64,000 nt of DNA. It comes from Erysipelotrichaceae bacterium (GTDB lineage Bacteria > Bacillota_I > Bacilli_A > Erysipelotrichales > Erysipelotrichaceae). Location: positions 15,011 to 79,010 of the forward strand of contig JAYFOM010000018.1 of assembly GCA_034932685.1 (NCBI GenBank), in the 5' to 3' direction. Numbering within the stretch: the first letter of the stretch is position 1; each line of letters begins with the position of its first letter. Shown here one piece after another: positions 1 through 8,514 of this stretch. The notes beneath the pieces were generated by a model. It was not told where the DNA came from. It saw only the letters and a list, made by a program, of their open reading frames with translations, and ran no database searches. The translations under genes were made by a program, and so were the position numbers.

Positions 1-3
1 TAA

Positions 4-1278
4 CTATTTTTTCCCAAGTAAGCTAAACATATTGCGTTTATATACTTCAACTCCTGGTTGATCAAAAGGATTAATATCCAATAGATACGCACTCATTGCA
101 CAACTTAAGAAGAAGAAATATGTGAGATAGCCATAACTAAACGCTGTACTTTCAGTAAGTTTGATAATAATGTTTCTAACATCTCCTACCTGTGTATGAG
201 CGTTATAGGTGCCTTCAGCCGCTTTTTTGTTTACATAATCCAATGTTTTACCAGCAAGATAATTCATCTTATCTAAGTCATTTTCAGATGCTGGAAAAAC
301 CAGATCGCTTTGTGGTTTATCAACCAGTAATAAGGTTTCAAACAAACACTTCGTACCCTCTTGAATAAACTGTCCCATCGAATGTAAATCAGTTGAGAAA
401 CAACAACTAGTAGGTAATAAACCCTTGCCTTCTTTACCTTCTGATTCACCAAATAATTGTTTCCACCACTCAGCAAGCATGATCATATTAGGCTCATATG
501 TCACTAGCATTTCGACATTTTTACCAGTACTTTCAATAATCCTACGAGCTACAGCGTATTGATAAGCTACGTTGTCTTGAATCGTTGCTGAATCAAGGTT
601 TTCCATAGCTGTTTTCGCACCAAGCATGATTTGATCAATATCAATTCCAGCAACAGCGATAGGTAACAATCCTACCGATGTTAAAACAGAGTAGCGACCA
701 CCAATATCATCAGGTATTGTAAATGTACGATAATTCTTAGCTGTTGCTAGTTCTTTCAATGTGCCACGATTAGCATCAGTTGTCGCAATTATTCTTTTTT
801 CACATTCTTCTAATCCATATCTTTCTTCAAGTTTTTGCTGTAAAACTCTAAAAGCTAGTGCTGTTTCCGTTGTAGTTCCCGATTTTGAAATAACATTTAG
901 ATAAACACTTTTATCAACGATGTAATCAAGAACTTGATTTAAGTAATTTGATGAAAAAGTATTACCTACATAGATAATCTCTGGCTTATCTTGATGATAA
1001 AGACCTTTTAGCCATTCAATAGCACTACGACTACCTAAATAAGATCCTCCAATACCACAAACCAATAATACATCAGCTTTTTCTCTTATTTCCTGAGCAA
1101 CGATCTTAAGTCGTGAAAATTCTTCTTTGTCATAATTAATAGGACAACTCAACCAACCTAAGAAGTCACTTCCCCGACTTGTTCTCTTTTTTAGAGCATG
1201 ATGAATGCTGTTAACCTTTTCTTGATAAGATAACAACTCTTTTTCTTTAACTGCGTTACTTAGATCAATACTAATCAT
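4..1278 (-). CDS. pgi: glucose-6-phosphate isomerase
   Basis: 424-aa ORF with PGI hallmarks (CGIGGSYLGSRS, ISKSGTTTET, GGRYSV, GESEGK). Stop at 4-6, so complete. ATGA overlap with the upstream S1 gene. Confidence 0.9.
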   Translation of the reverse strand: MISIDLSNAVKEKELLSYQEKVNSIHHALKKRTSRGSDFLGWLSCPINYDKEEFSRLKIVAQEIREKADVLLVCGIGGSYLGSRSAIEWLKGLYHQDKPEIIYVGNTFSSNYLNQVLDYIVDKSVYLNVISKSGTTTETALAFRVLQQKLEERYGLEECEKRIIATTDANRGTLKELATAKNYRTFTIPDDIGGRYSVLTSVGLLPIAVAGIDIDQIMLGAKTAMENLDSATIQDNVAYQYAVARRIIESTGKNVEMLVTYEPNMIMLAEWWKQLFGESEGKEGKGLLPTSCCFSTDLHSMGQFIQEGTKCLFETLLLVDKPQSDLVFPASENDLDKMNYLAGKTLDYVNKKAAEGTYNAHTQVGDVRNIIIKLTESTAFSYGYLTYFFFLSCAMSAYLLDINPFDQPGVEVYKRNMFSLLGKK

Positions 1279-1637
1279 TTCTTCATCTCCTTTGTAGTGT
1301 CTTCAATCCATTGAGGCAACATTTCTTCAATCGTCTTAAAACCTATCTTCATGACTAAAGGATGGCGACGACGTACCATCTTTTCTTTTCGTATATTACT
1401 GTTGATGGCTTTTAGTGATAGTCGTAATTGTGATGTTTGCTTGTCAATATCAATGATCTTGACTTTGATCTTGTCATTTACCTTAACATAATCACTGATA
1501 TCGCTGATAAAACCATGCGATATCTCAGATATATGAATCAAGCCAGTTTTATTACCATCAATCAGCACAAACGCACCATAAGGCTGAATACCACTAACTA
1601 TCCCTTCAACAATCATTCCAATAGTTAAATCTTTCAT
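1275..1637 (-). CDS. S1 RNA-binding domain protein (YugI / general stress protein 13-like)
   Basis: S1 OB-fold signature GMIVEGIVSGIQPYGAFVLIDGNKTGLIHISEIS. I prefer the ATG at 1637 (MKDLTIG) because the longer GTG-started ORF would run into the promoter. Confidence 0.8.
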   Translation of the reverse strand: MKDLTIGMIVEGIVSGIQPYGAFVLIDGNKTGLIHISEISHGFISDISDYVKVNDKIKVKIIDIDKQTSQLRLSLKAINSNIRKEKMVRRRHPLVMKIGFKTIEEMLPQWIEDTTKEMKK

Positions 1638-1656
1638 ATCCGTTTTCTTTCCGTGA

Positions 1657-1695
1657 TTATTATAGCACACACATTAATTTATCTGTGCTATAATG
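1657..1695. promoter_or_regulatory. back-to-back divergent extended -10 promoters (TGCTATAAT on each strand)
   Basis: ttatagcaca (1660-1669) and tgtgctataa (1684-1693) form a perfect 10-nt inverted repeat. Each arm reads TGnTATAAT toward its own gene. No good -35 seen. Confidence 0.4.
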
Positions 1696-1713
1696 TCACG
1701 GTAGGTGAGAAAT

Positions 1714-1941
1714 ATGGAAAAAGAAATTATTAAAGTATTAGAAAAAATCCGTCCTTACATCCAAAGAGATGGTGGCGACGTGGAATTTGTCAGAGTAGAT
1801 GAGAATGGCGTAGTGACAGTGCGAATGTTTGGCGCCTGTGTCGATTGTATGGCTCTTGATACTACATTAAAAGAAGGTATTGAAGTCACCCTGATTGAGG
1901 AAGTACCTGGCGTAACTCAAGTTGTGCTTGACATATTCTAA
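1714..1941 (+). CDS. NifU-like Fe-S cluster domain protein (Nfu C-terminal type, YutI-like)
   Basis: 75 aa from the ATG at 1714 (SD aggtga upstream). Contains IRPYIQRDGGDVEFV and GACVDCM (CxxC) typical of the NifU C-terminal domain. Confidence 0.8.
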   Translation: MEKEIIKVLEKIRPYIQRDGGDVEFVRVDENGVVTVRMFGACVDCMALDTTLKEGIEVTLIEEVPGVTQVVLDIF

Positions 1942-1945
1942 AGCT

Positions 1946-1977
1946 AAAAGTGATACGAATTGAGTATCACTTTTTTA
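1946..1977. terminator. rho-independent terminator, probably bidirectional
   Basis: aaaagtgatac / gaattga / gtatcactttt hairpin with an A-run before and a T-run after. Sits between convergent genes. Confidence 0.7.
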
Positions 1978-2017
1978 TTGTACGTATAAAGCTGTATAAA
2001 TCTAATAGTGACCTTCT

Positions 2018-2741
2018 TTACATGAAATTGAACGAAAATGTAAAGAACTCAGCGAAAACTGATCCAACAATCATAGGAATTTTCTTAGCTTGCTCAGAAA
2101 AAACTAAATAAACTGGATCTCCTAAATAATCGACATTCTTTGTCGGTCCATTAAATGGCATTCCAATTCCTTTATGATCAATATGGACATTAAGATATGC
2201 ATCAGCTATTCCCTGTTGTTTAAATGTATGAATCTTCTCAATTTCATTATTATTAATGCCTAACACCTCAAGCATTCTTTCCACATTTTTCGACATATCT
2301 CTACCAGCATCAGTAAGTTGATGACCCATTGTACCACTCATGATCATTACTTTCGAGTATAGTCCTGTTGATGCTGGCATATTCATTTCTGAAACAGCTT
2401 TTGCTCCACCACCATAAAACCAAACTATTGCTGGTATTTTTACATTGTTATCAATGTTATCTGTCCAAACATTTATATTGCGACAATCTTCTGATTACGG
2501 CCAAAAACGATGTGAGTTCTTCAGGTTATTACCAATCCTATCTGATAAAAAAGGATATGATATAACCATAGCTAACAGTTTCCTTTACCCCTTCCCGTTT
2601 TTTAATCGCAACAGGTGGCATAAATCTACTAGCTTGTGCGTAATCGATACCATAAAAATGATAAACACCACTATCTTTGAACCCTCTAATCAATCCTTTT
2701 GATGTTTTACTGTTGTACTTCTTCGGCGTTTGAAATCCATC
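2018..2741 (-). pseudogene. type-B carboxylesterase remnant (frameshifted, internal stop, internally deleted, 3' truncated)
   Basis: My minus-strand translation reads MDFKRRRSTTVKHQKD*, then in another frame GLIRGFKDSGVYHFYGIDYAQASRFMPP...NSHRFWP*SEDCRNINVWTDNIDNNVKIPAIVWFYGGGAKAVSEMNMPAST. This is colinear with the intact esterases at 6973-10047 but lacks about 100 codons, including the GQSGGG serine. It ends shortly after the AEF motif. Confidence 0.8.
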
Positions 2742-2783
2742 TTAATTTCTACTTATCGTAGAGTAATTTATTTAAATAATTTC

Positions 2784-3968
2784 TTAAAGTTCGACTTTTG
2801 CGATAATTTTGGATTTCTTATGATCAAAATAGTAATAGACTACTAATCCTACTATTAGCATTGCTGAGTATAATAAAAACATTGATTCATAATCGGTTTT
2901 CATGACCACATAGCTTGCAAAGATCGGACCAAGTGCATTACCTATATCTTGACCAATCAAACAAGTTGATATTGCAACACCATTACGTTTTATACCTAAT
3001 TTTTTAATCGATTCAGCTTGAATTGCCGGTGTACCATTGCCTTGTCCAACAGCTTTAAATACAGCTGCGATCAAAACTGGAAAAAGCGTATATGATTTCG
3101 CAAGCAATGCCATACCCAAAGCATAGAAAAGAAAAGCGGGATATAAAATAACCCTAATTCCTTTAAGATCTTGAATACGACCAGCAAACGGTTTCATTAC
3201 CAACATCGCTACTGAGTAAACCGTGAAAAACAATGCAATATTTGCTATGCCTCTTACAACTCCAAAATTTACTAGATAGTAAGATATGATGCCATTGCCA
3301 AAAGAGAACAATGCGATCATTACAACATACAGTAACAATTCTTTCGCAAAGAAATTATTGAAACTGATGCTCACTTTACCATTCTCATCTTTTTCACTTA
3401 CATATTTGTAAGGAACTATTTGAATTATCACCAAACAAACAATACATAAAATTGCTGAACATAGAAAAATTGGTTCAAATCCATACACTGAAGATATCAT
3501 TGTTCCAAGTTGAGGACCAATCATCGTTCCTAAAAGCATGGCAATACCCATATAACTGATACCTTCAGCTATTCTGTTCTTTGGTATGAATGAAGTCGCA
3601 AATGCCATACTAATAGTTCCACTTATAGCAAATGCAATACCATGAATCACTCTTACAAAAATAACCATAACAAAGTTTACTGAAAATGAGTACCCAATCA
3701 TGCAGAGTGCTGTGGCAAGATACGAATAAAACATAAGTTTTTTTCTATTTAGTTTGTCACTCATAGCCCCAGAAAATGGACGAATTACAAGCGCCACCCA
3801 CGAAAGAATACTTGATATAATTCCTGTTACTTCAAATGCTACACCTTTTGATTCTAAAAAAATAGGCATAGAAGGATTTACCATAAAAGATGAGATACCA
3901 TTTAAAGCATTAACGATTAATAATAGAATAAATGACATCGTCCAAAGTTTAATATGTTTGCTTTGCAT
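2784..3968 (-). CDS. MFS transporter
   Basis: About 12 hydrophobic segments and an MFS loop motif (GAMSDKLNRKK). The ATG at 3968 is preceded by aaggagg, so the ORF-track start at 3989 contains the SD. Confidence 0.85.
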   Translation of the reverse strand: MQSKHIKLWTMSFILLLIVNALNGISSFMVNPSMPIFLESKGVAFEVTGIISSILSWVALVIRPFSGAMSDKLNRKKLMFYSYLATALCMIGYSFSVNFVMVIFVRVIHGIAFAISGTISMAFATSFIPKNRIAEGISYMGIAMLLGTMIGPQLGTMISSVYGFEPIFLCSAILCIVCLVIIQIVPYKYVSEKDENGKVSISFNNFFAKELLLYVVMIALFSFGNGIISYYLVNFGVVRGIANIALFFTVYSVAMLVMKPFAGRIQDLKGIRVILYPAFLFYALGMALLAKSYTLFPVLIAAVFKAVGQGNGTPAIQAESIKKLGIKRNGVAISTCLIGQDIGNALGPIFASYVVMKTDYESMFLLYSAMLIVGLVVYYYFDHKKSKIIAKVEL

Positions 3969-4055
3969 TAAACCTAACCTCCTTATCATAAGGGTTTGCT
4001 ACCATATCTAACCCAATAAACTTACTGCATGTTAAATGAGAAGATAATCTTTCGA

Positions 4056-4955
4056 TTAACTTTCTTTTGGAATGACTGGTAACGTTGTTTTCGGTAAACC
4101 CTTAGATTCAGGAACCCAGCTTTTGCCATGTGATCCGTATATTGAAATCATTTCCTTTAACTTTTCCTTGAAGCCTAACTGTGCAGTCTTAAATATGAAA
4201 TATGCTCTATTGCCTTCTAAATCAGCATTTAAAACAGCACTCACTGCAGCCTTGCATAAATCGTTGTTTATATTTACTTTATTTATACCCAAGCTACACA
4301 CTTTTCTTAACACTTCATTATCAGTGCCTGATGATCCATGTAAAACAAGTGGAAAGTTGTTCGTTTGTTTTTTGATTTCGATTAATCTATCGATGTCAAT
4401 TACTGGCGTTGAACCTTTCGGATATGATCCGTGTGCTGTACCAATTGCAACAGCCAAGCAATCAACTCCAGTTTGTACAATATATTCTTTAGCGAATTTT
4501 GGATCAGTTAATGCCGCATCTCTATCATGACTATAGTTTTCAGCATGTCCAACATGGCCTAACTCTGCTTCAACAGAAACGCCTACAGCGTGAGCAAGCT
4601 TAACAACCTCTTTAACATCTCTGATATTATCTTCATTTGAGTATGATGATCTATCGATCATTACTGAAGTAAAACCTGCTCTTATCGCTTTTTGTACTTG
4701 TTCAATGCTTGCGCCATGATCTAAATTTATGGCAATTGGAACATTTGATTGTTCTGCAAGTTTTCTTAATTGATGACCAAAAAAGAATATGTCAACAGTT
4801 GCTCTAAATGCTACATCCAAAATTAATGGTGCTTGCATTTCTTCAGCTGCCTCTATACAAGCCCTTGCTGTTAATTCACTATCAACATTTGGTGCAGCAA
4901 CAGCATAATTATCTACATTTGCTCTATCTAATATCTCTTTCATAGTTACTAACAT
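4056..4955 (-). CDS. class II ketose-bisphosphate aldolase (tagatose/fructose-1,6-bisphosphate aldolase family)
   Basis: N-terminus MLVTMKEILDRANVDNYAVAAPNV plus LDHG, HVG and LVLHGSSG metal/phosphate motifs of the FbaA/GatY/KbaY family. GGAGG sits 9 nt upstream. Confidence 0.85.
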   Translation of the reverse strand: MLVTMKEILDRANVDNYAVAAPNVDSELTARACIEAAEEMQAPLILDVAFRATVDIFFFGHQLRKLAEQSNVPIAINLDHGASIEQVQKAIRAGFTSVMIDRSSYSNEDNIRDVKEVVKLAHAVGVSVEAELGHVGHAENYSHDRDAALTDPKFAKEYIVQTGVDCLAVAIGTAHGSYPKGSTPVIDIDRLIEIKKQTNNFPLVLHGSSGTDNEVLRKVCSLGINKVNINNDLCKAAVSAVLNADLEGNRAYFIFKTAQLGFKEKLKEMISIYGSHGKSWVPESKGLPKTTLPVIPKES

Positions 4956-5911
4956 TATAATTTACCTCCAAATTCTAGTTCATTCAATTTTTTATCAAGC
5001 ATTTCTTTTTCTTCATCTGTTAGTTCCCAATTAAATGATTCACAATTTTCTATTGCATGTGCGGTAGTTGACGCACCTACAAGACACGTTGCCACATAGT
5101 TTTGTTTAATAGACCAATTTAATGCAATCTGTGATAATGGAACTCCTCTTTTCTCAGCAATTTTATCCATTTCACTCAACAATAATTGTATTTTTGAAAA
5201 GAATGGTTCGTTATAATAATCATAAAACCGCCAACGTAAATCATTTGACGGAAAATTTGGTTTTGTCCTATATTTTCCGGTTAAAACTCCAGCTCCCATT
5301 GAGCCATAAGTAAATGAATCTATTCCTTGTTTATTACACCATTGCATCAATTCAACATTCTTTTGATCTACCATACAAAACAAAGGTTGTATTACATCGA
5401 TTTTTGCATACTTCATTGCTTCTTCTACCTGTTCTTTATTGAAATTTGATAACCCAATAAATCTTATTGCACCTTTTTCCTTTAGAATGTTTAATGCTCT
5501 CATTGTTTCTTCAATAGGAGTATTATTATCGGGCCAATGAACAAAGTAAAAATCAATATGGTCTGTTCCTAAATTTCTTAAAGAAGATAACACTTCGCGC
5601 ATAACGTTCGCAAAACTTGTATCTCTTCTATATGGGTTTAAATAATTGCCAGCTAAACCAAATTTAGTTGCTATTAATACTTTGTCTCTATACCCATCTT
5701 GCAAAGCCTCGCCTACTAATTGTTCAGCATAACCATTTCCATATACTGGTGCAGTATCAATTAGATTAACACCATTATCTATCATGGCTCTTATTGCTTT
5801 TATTGATTCTTCACGATTTACATCTCCATAATTCTGTCCACCAATCGCCCATGTTCCACTTGCTAAACATGAAACATCTATGTTTGCATTCTGTAAATGA
5901 GTGTATTTCAC
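4955..5911 (-). CDS. aldo/keto reductase
   Basis: AKR motifs (GTWAIGG, NLIDTAPVYGNGYAE, IATKF, HWPD, IGLSNF). GTG start overlaps the upstream stop (GTGA), with GGAGG upstream. Confidence 0.85.
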   Translation of the reverse strand: MKYTHLQNANIDVSCLASGTWAIGGQNYGDVNREESIKAIRAMIDNGVNLIDTAPVYGNGYAEQLVGEALQDGYRDKVLIATKFGLAGNYLNPYRRDTSFANVMREVLSSLRNLGTDHIDFYFVHWPDNNTPIEETMRALNILKEKGAIRFIGLSNFNKEQVEEAMKYAKIDVIQPLFCMVDQKNVELMQWCNKQGIDSFTYGSMGAGVLTGKYRTKPNFPSNDLRWRFYDYYNEPFFSKIQLLLSEMDKIAEKRGVPLSQIALNWSIKQNYVATCLVGASTTAHAIENCESFNWELTDEEKEMLDKKLNELEFGGKL

Positions 5912-6519
5912 TGTTTTTCCTCCTCTTGATTACCTACTTTACTAAAATAGTACTCTGACTTTTTTATGTCTTTTTTATTTACATACATTGTTGCAACTAG
6001 TGTTAAAAGATTATCTTTATCTTCACCTTTAGCTATTTTCAACATTTCTTCAGCTTCATTTAAATACGCAAAACCTTTTTTTACAAATGTATCGTTTACC
6101 ATCATTACGTATTCTTTTAATTGACTATCCTTGCATTCAAGAACTTTTTCGTATGTTTGATCTTTTTTGATGTTATTATCAGTCGAAACATAATATGAAA
6201 ATGCTTTTGAATATAGGTGAGTTTTTTGCTCATCATTCATATTAATCTTTTCTGCTCTGTTTAACATTTCATTTAAAAGTTTCTCATCTTTGATCAAAAT
6301 AGCTTTATTAATACTTAAAATTATAAAGTTGTAAATTGGAATAAAGAATTTTGTACTTTTCCTGTTCAATAGTTCATCAAATTGTTCTAATTCACCTGCT
6401 AAAAACAAATTCATTAATTCATTTTGTCTTTTTTTCTTCATACTAGATAGAATGATTTCAAAAACTACTGAACAAACAAATATTACTGAAACAATGATCA
6501 AAGCTTTCTTAACATCCAT
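5908..6519 (-). CDS. hypothetical N-terminally membrane-anchored helical-repeat protein
   Basis: One N-terminal TM segment (ALIIVSVIFVCSVVFEIILS), then a K/E-rich all-helical-looking region. Good SD (aaggag). No family recognised. Confidence 0.5.
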   Translation of the reverse strand: MDVKKALIIVSVIFVCSVVFEIILSSMKKKRQNELMNLFLAGELEQFDELLNRKSTKFFIPIYNFIILSINKAILIKDEKLLNEMLNRAEKINMNDEQKTHLYSKAFSYYVSTDNNIKKDQTYEKVLECKDSQLKEYVMMVNDTFVKKGFAYLNEAEEMLKIAKGEDKDNLLTLVATMYVNKKDIKKSEYYFSKVGNQEEEKQ

Positions 6520-6557
6520 ATATTTCTCCTTATATGCCTAAATATATTAGTAATAAT

Positions 6558-6971
6558 TTAATCTAAAAAGTCATCTCCTTTATCTACATTCATCGTATTA
6601 AGATGAACTATACCACTTCTTCCAGTTTCTACTAATGCTTTAAAATCATATGAATCACTTAATCTATTCCCTAATTGTTCAAGCACAATTGATAAGTTCA
6701 TACCTGCAATAATATCTATATCGTTTGACATAAACTGAACACATCTATTGCACGGAGTACCTCCAAATAAATCAGTGAAAACTATTACTCCCTCACCAGT
6801 ATCAATATCCTCGATTAAAGAACTAATCTTTTTATCATAATCTTCGATGATATCATCTTGTTCTAAGCATAAATATCCAAATTGTGGAATATCTACTCCC
6901 ATAAACCATTTTGTAGTTTCAAAAATCCCTTTAGCCATTGGGCCATGGCTTAATAATGCTATACCTTTCAT
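6558..6971 (-). CDS. PTS mannose/sorbose-family EIIA component
   Basis: MKGIALLSHGPMAKG (phospho-His context) and FTDLFGGTP motifs. The ATG at 6971 follows gaggaa and lies 1 nt after the esterase stop. Confidence 0.8.
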   Translation of the reverse strand: MKGIALLSHGPMAKGIFETTKWFMGVDIPQFGYLCLEQDDIIEDYDKKISSLIEDIDTGEGVIVFTDLFGGTPCNRCVQFMSNDIDIIAGMNLSIVLEQLGNRLSDSYDFKALVETGRSGIVHLNTMNVDKGDDFLD

Positions 6972-6972
6972 A

Positions 6973-8502
6973 TTATTCCTCACTCGTACAATGTTTAATA
7001 CTTAATAAGTATTCAATTAACTCTTTATCAAAATTTTCTCTTACTTCGCACTTTTCACTAAAAATCATTGTTTTTATTGAGTAGCTAGAACTTGCTTTCC
7101 ATTCTATATCATCATCTATTTGCGGCTCTCCTGTTTTAGCAAAACTCAATAAACGATCTGCCATCTCATGTTGAATGTGTTCAGCAACTCCTTCACCCAT
7201 ATAGGTAGATGGAACCATTTGAATGTTTTTAAACATAAATGCAATATCAGAAGAATGAAGTGCTGTAGACCCATCATTGATTCTAAAAATAGGATTAAAG
7301 AAATAATTATAAGTTGGTGCACAACCATTATCACATCTGCACTTAATCATGTCACAAGTTGTTTTTCTCATCATTTCAACATCGTATGCTAAAACATCAA
7401 TTAATTTATTATTTGGAAATGTTTTCTCAAATAATTCAACAATTTTTACTGTATGATCTTTGCCAAACTTTTCTTCTATAGCTAGCACCATTTCTTCTTT
7501 AGTCATTGTATTTCTATCATAACATTGCGGAAGATTACTAAATTCGGAGAAATTTGTTCCGATAATTAATGGAGCTTGTTTTGCATGTTCAGTAAATCCA
7601 TTGTGAAATGGTTCTCCAATATAATCTTCTGATTTGCTTGGCCCGAAATATTCAACTCCCAACATTCCTAATTCTTTATAAGCTTGAGCATAATTTTTTG
7701 CTAATACTCTTGGATCAATAGTTTCAATGTCTGTAAAGTTATCATTACTGATTCCTGATTTCATTAGTGTCAATGAAACACATTCTCTCATATCTCTACC
7801 AAAATCCCACATTGAAGGACCTGAAACACCACTCATAATAAGTCCGCGTTTAAATAAGCCTTTACTTGCTGGCATATTCATAATAGAAGCAACTTTTGCT
7901 CCACCACCTGATTGACCAAATAAAGTGACATTATCTTTATCACCACCAAAATGTTCAATGTTTTTATTTATCCATTTTAATGCAGCCAATAAATCCAAGT
8001 TTCCTACATTTTTACTTTTTGCGTATTTTTCATCATACTCAGATAAGTCTAAGTAACCTAGGGCATTTAATCTATGATTTAACGTTACAACTATAACATC
8101 TCCTGTATCACATAAATTATAGCCATCGTATGATTTATGTTCCAAACTTGACCCATAATGGAACCCTCCACCATGAAACCAAACCAAAACAGGTCTTCTT
8201 ACGTCATTATTTATGTTTTTAGTCCATACATTTAAATATTGACAATGTTCACTTGTTGGCCAAAAACGATGAGGGTTTTTTAAGTTATTTCCAATTGTTT
8301 GTTCGCGTAAACTAGGGCATATATATCCATAGCTTGTAGCCTCTTTTAAACCTTCCCATGGTTCAACCTCTTCAGGAGGCATAAATCTTTTAGCATCTGC
8401 ATATTTAATGCCGTAAAAATGATATACATCGTTAAATTTAAAACCTCTTAGTAATCCTTTTTCAGTTCTGGCTATTGTATTTTTCCCATGTTCAAAACTC
8501 AT
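6973..8502 (-). CDS. type-B carboxylesterase (PnbA-like), no signal peptide
   Basis: 509 aa with WFHGGGF oxyanion motif, GQSGGG nucleophile elbow, GTNFSEF acid position and ALHSSDIAF His position. N-terminus MSFEHGKNT is not a leader. Confidence 0.85.
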   Translation of the reverse strand: MSFEHGKNTIARTEKGLLRGFKFNDVYHFYGIKYADAKRFMPPEEVEPWEGLKEATSYGYICPSLREQTIGNNLKNPHRFWPTSEHCQYLNVWTKNINNDVRRPVLVWFHGGGFHYGSSLEHKSYDGYNLCDTGDVIVVTLNHRLNALGYLDLSEYDEKYAKSKNVGNLDLLAALKWINKNIEHFGGDKDNVTLFGQSGGGAKVASIMNMPASKGLFKRGLIMSGVSGPSMWDFGRDMRECVSLTLMKSGISNDNFTDIETIDPRVLAKNYAQAYKELGMLGVEYFGPSKSEDYIGEPFHNGFTEHAKQAPLIIGTNFSEFSNLPQCYDRNTMTKEEMVLAIEEKFGKDHTVKIVELFEKTFPNNKLIDVLAYDVEMMRKTTCDMIKCRCDNGCAPTYNYFFNPIFRINDGSTALHSSDIAFMFKNIQMVPSTYMGEGVAEHIQHEMADRLLSFAKTGEPQIDDDIEWKASSSYSIKTMIFSEKCEVRENFDKELIEYLLSIKHCTSEE

Positions 8503-8514
8503 AAGATCATTCTC

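Noticed and set aside
4072-4530. 152-aa plus-strand ORF inside the aldolase gene, and similar antisense ORFs at 13304-13603, 13775-14083, 17936-18328, 20629-20979 and 61756-62040
   Set aside because: All lie wholly within well-supported genes on the opposite strand. None has an SD sequence, and their compositions look like mirror-frame artefacts.
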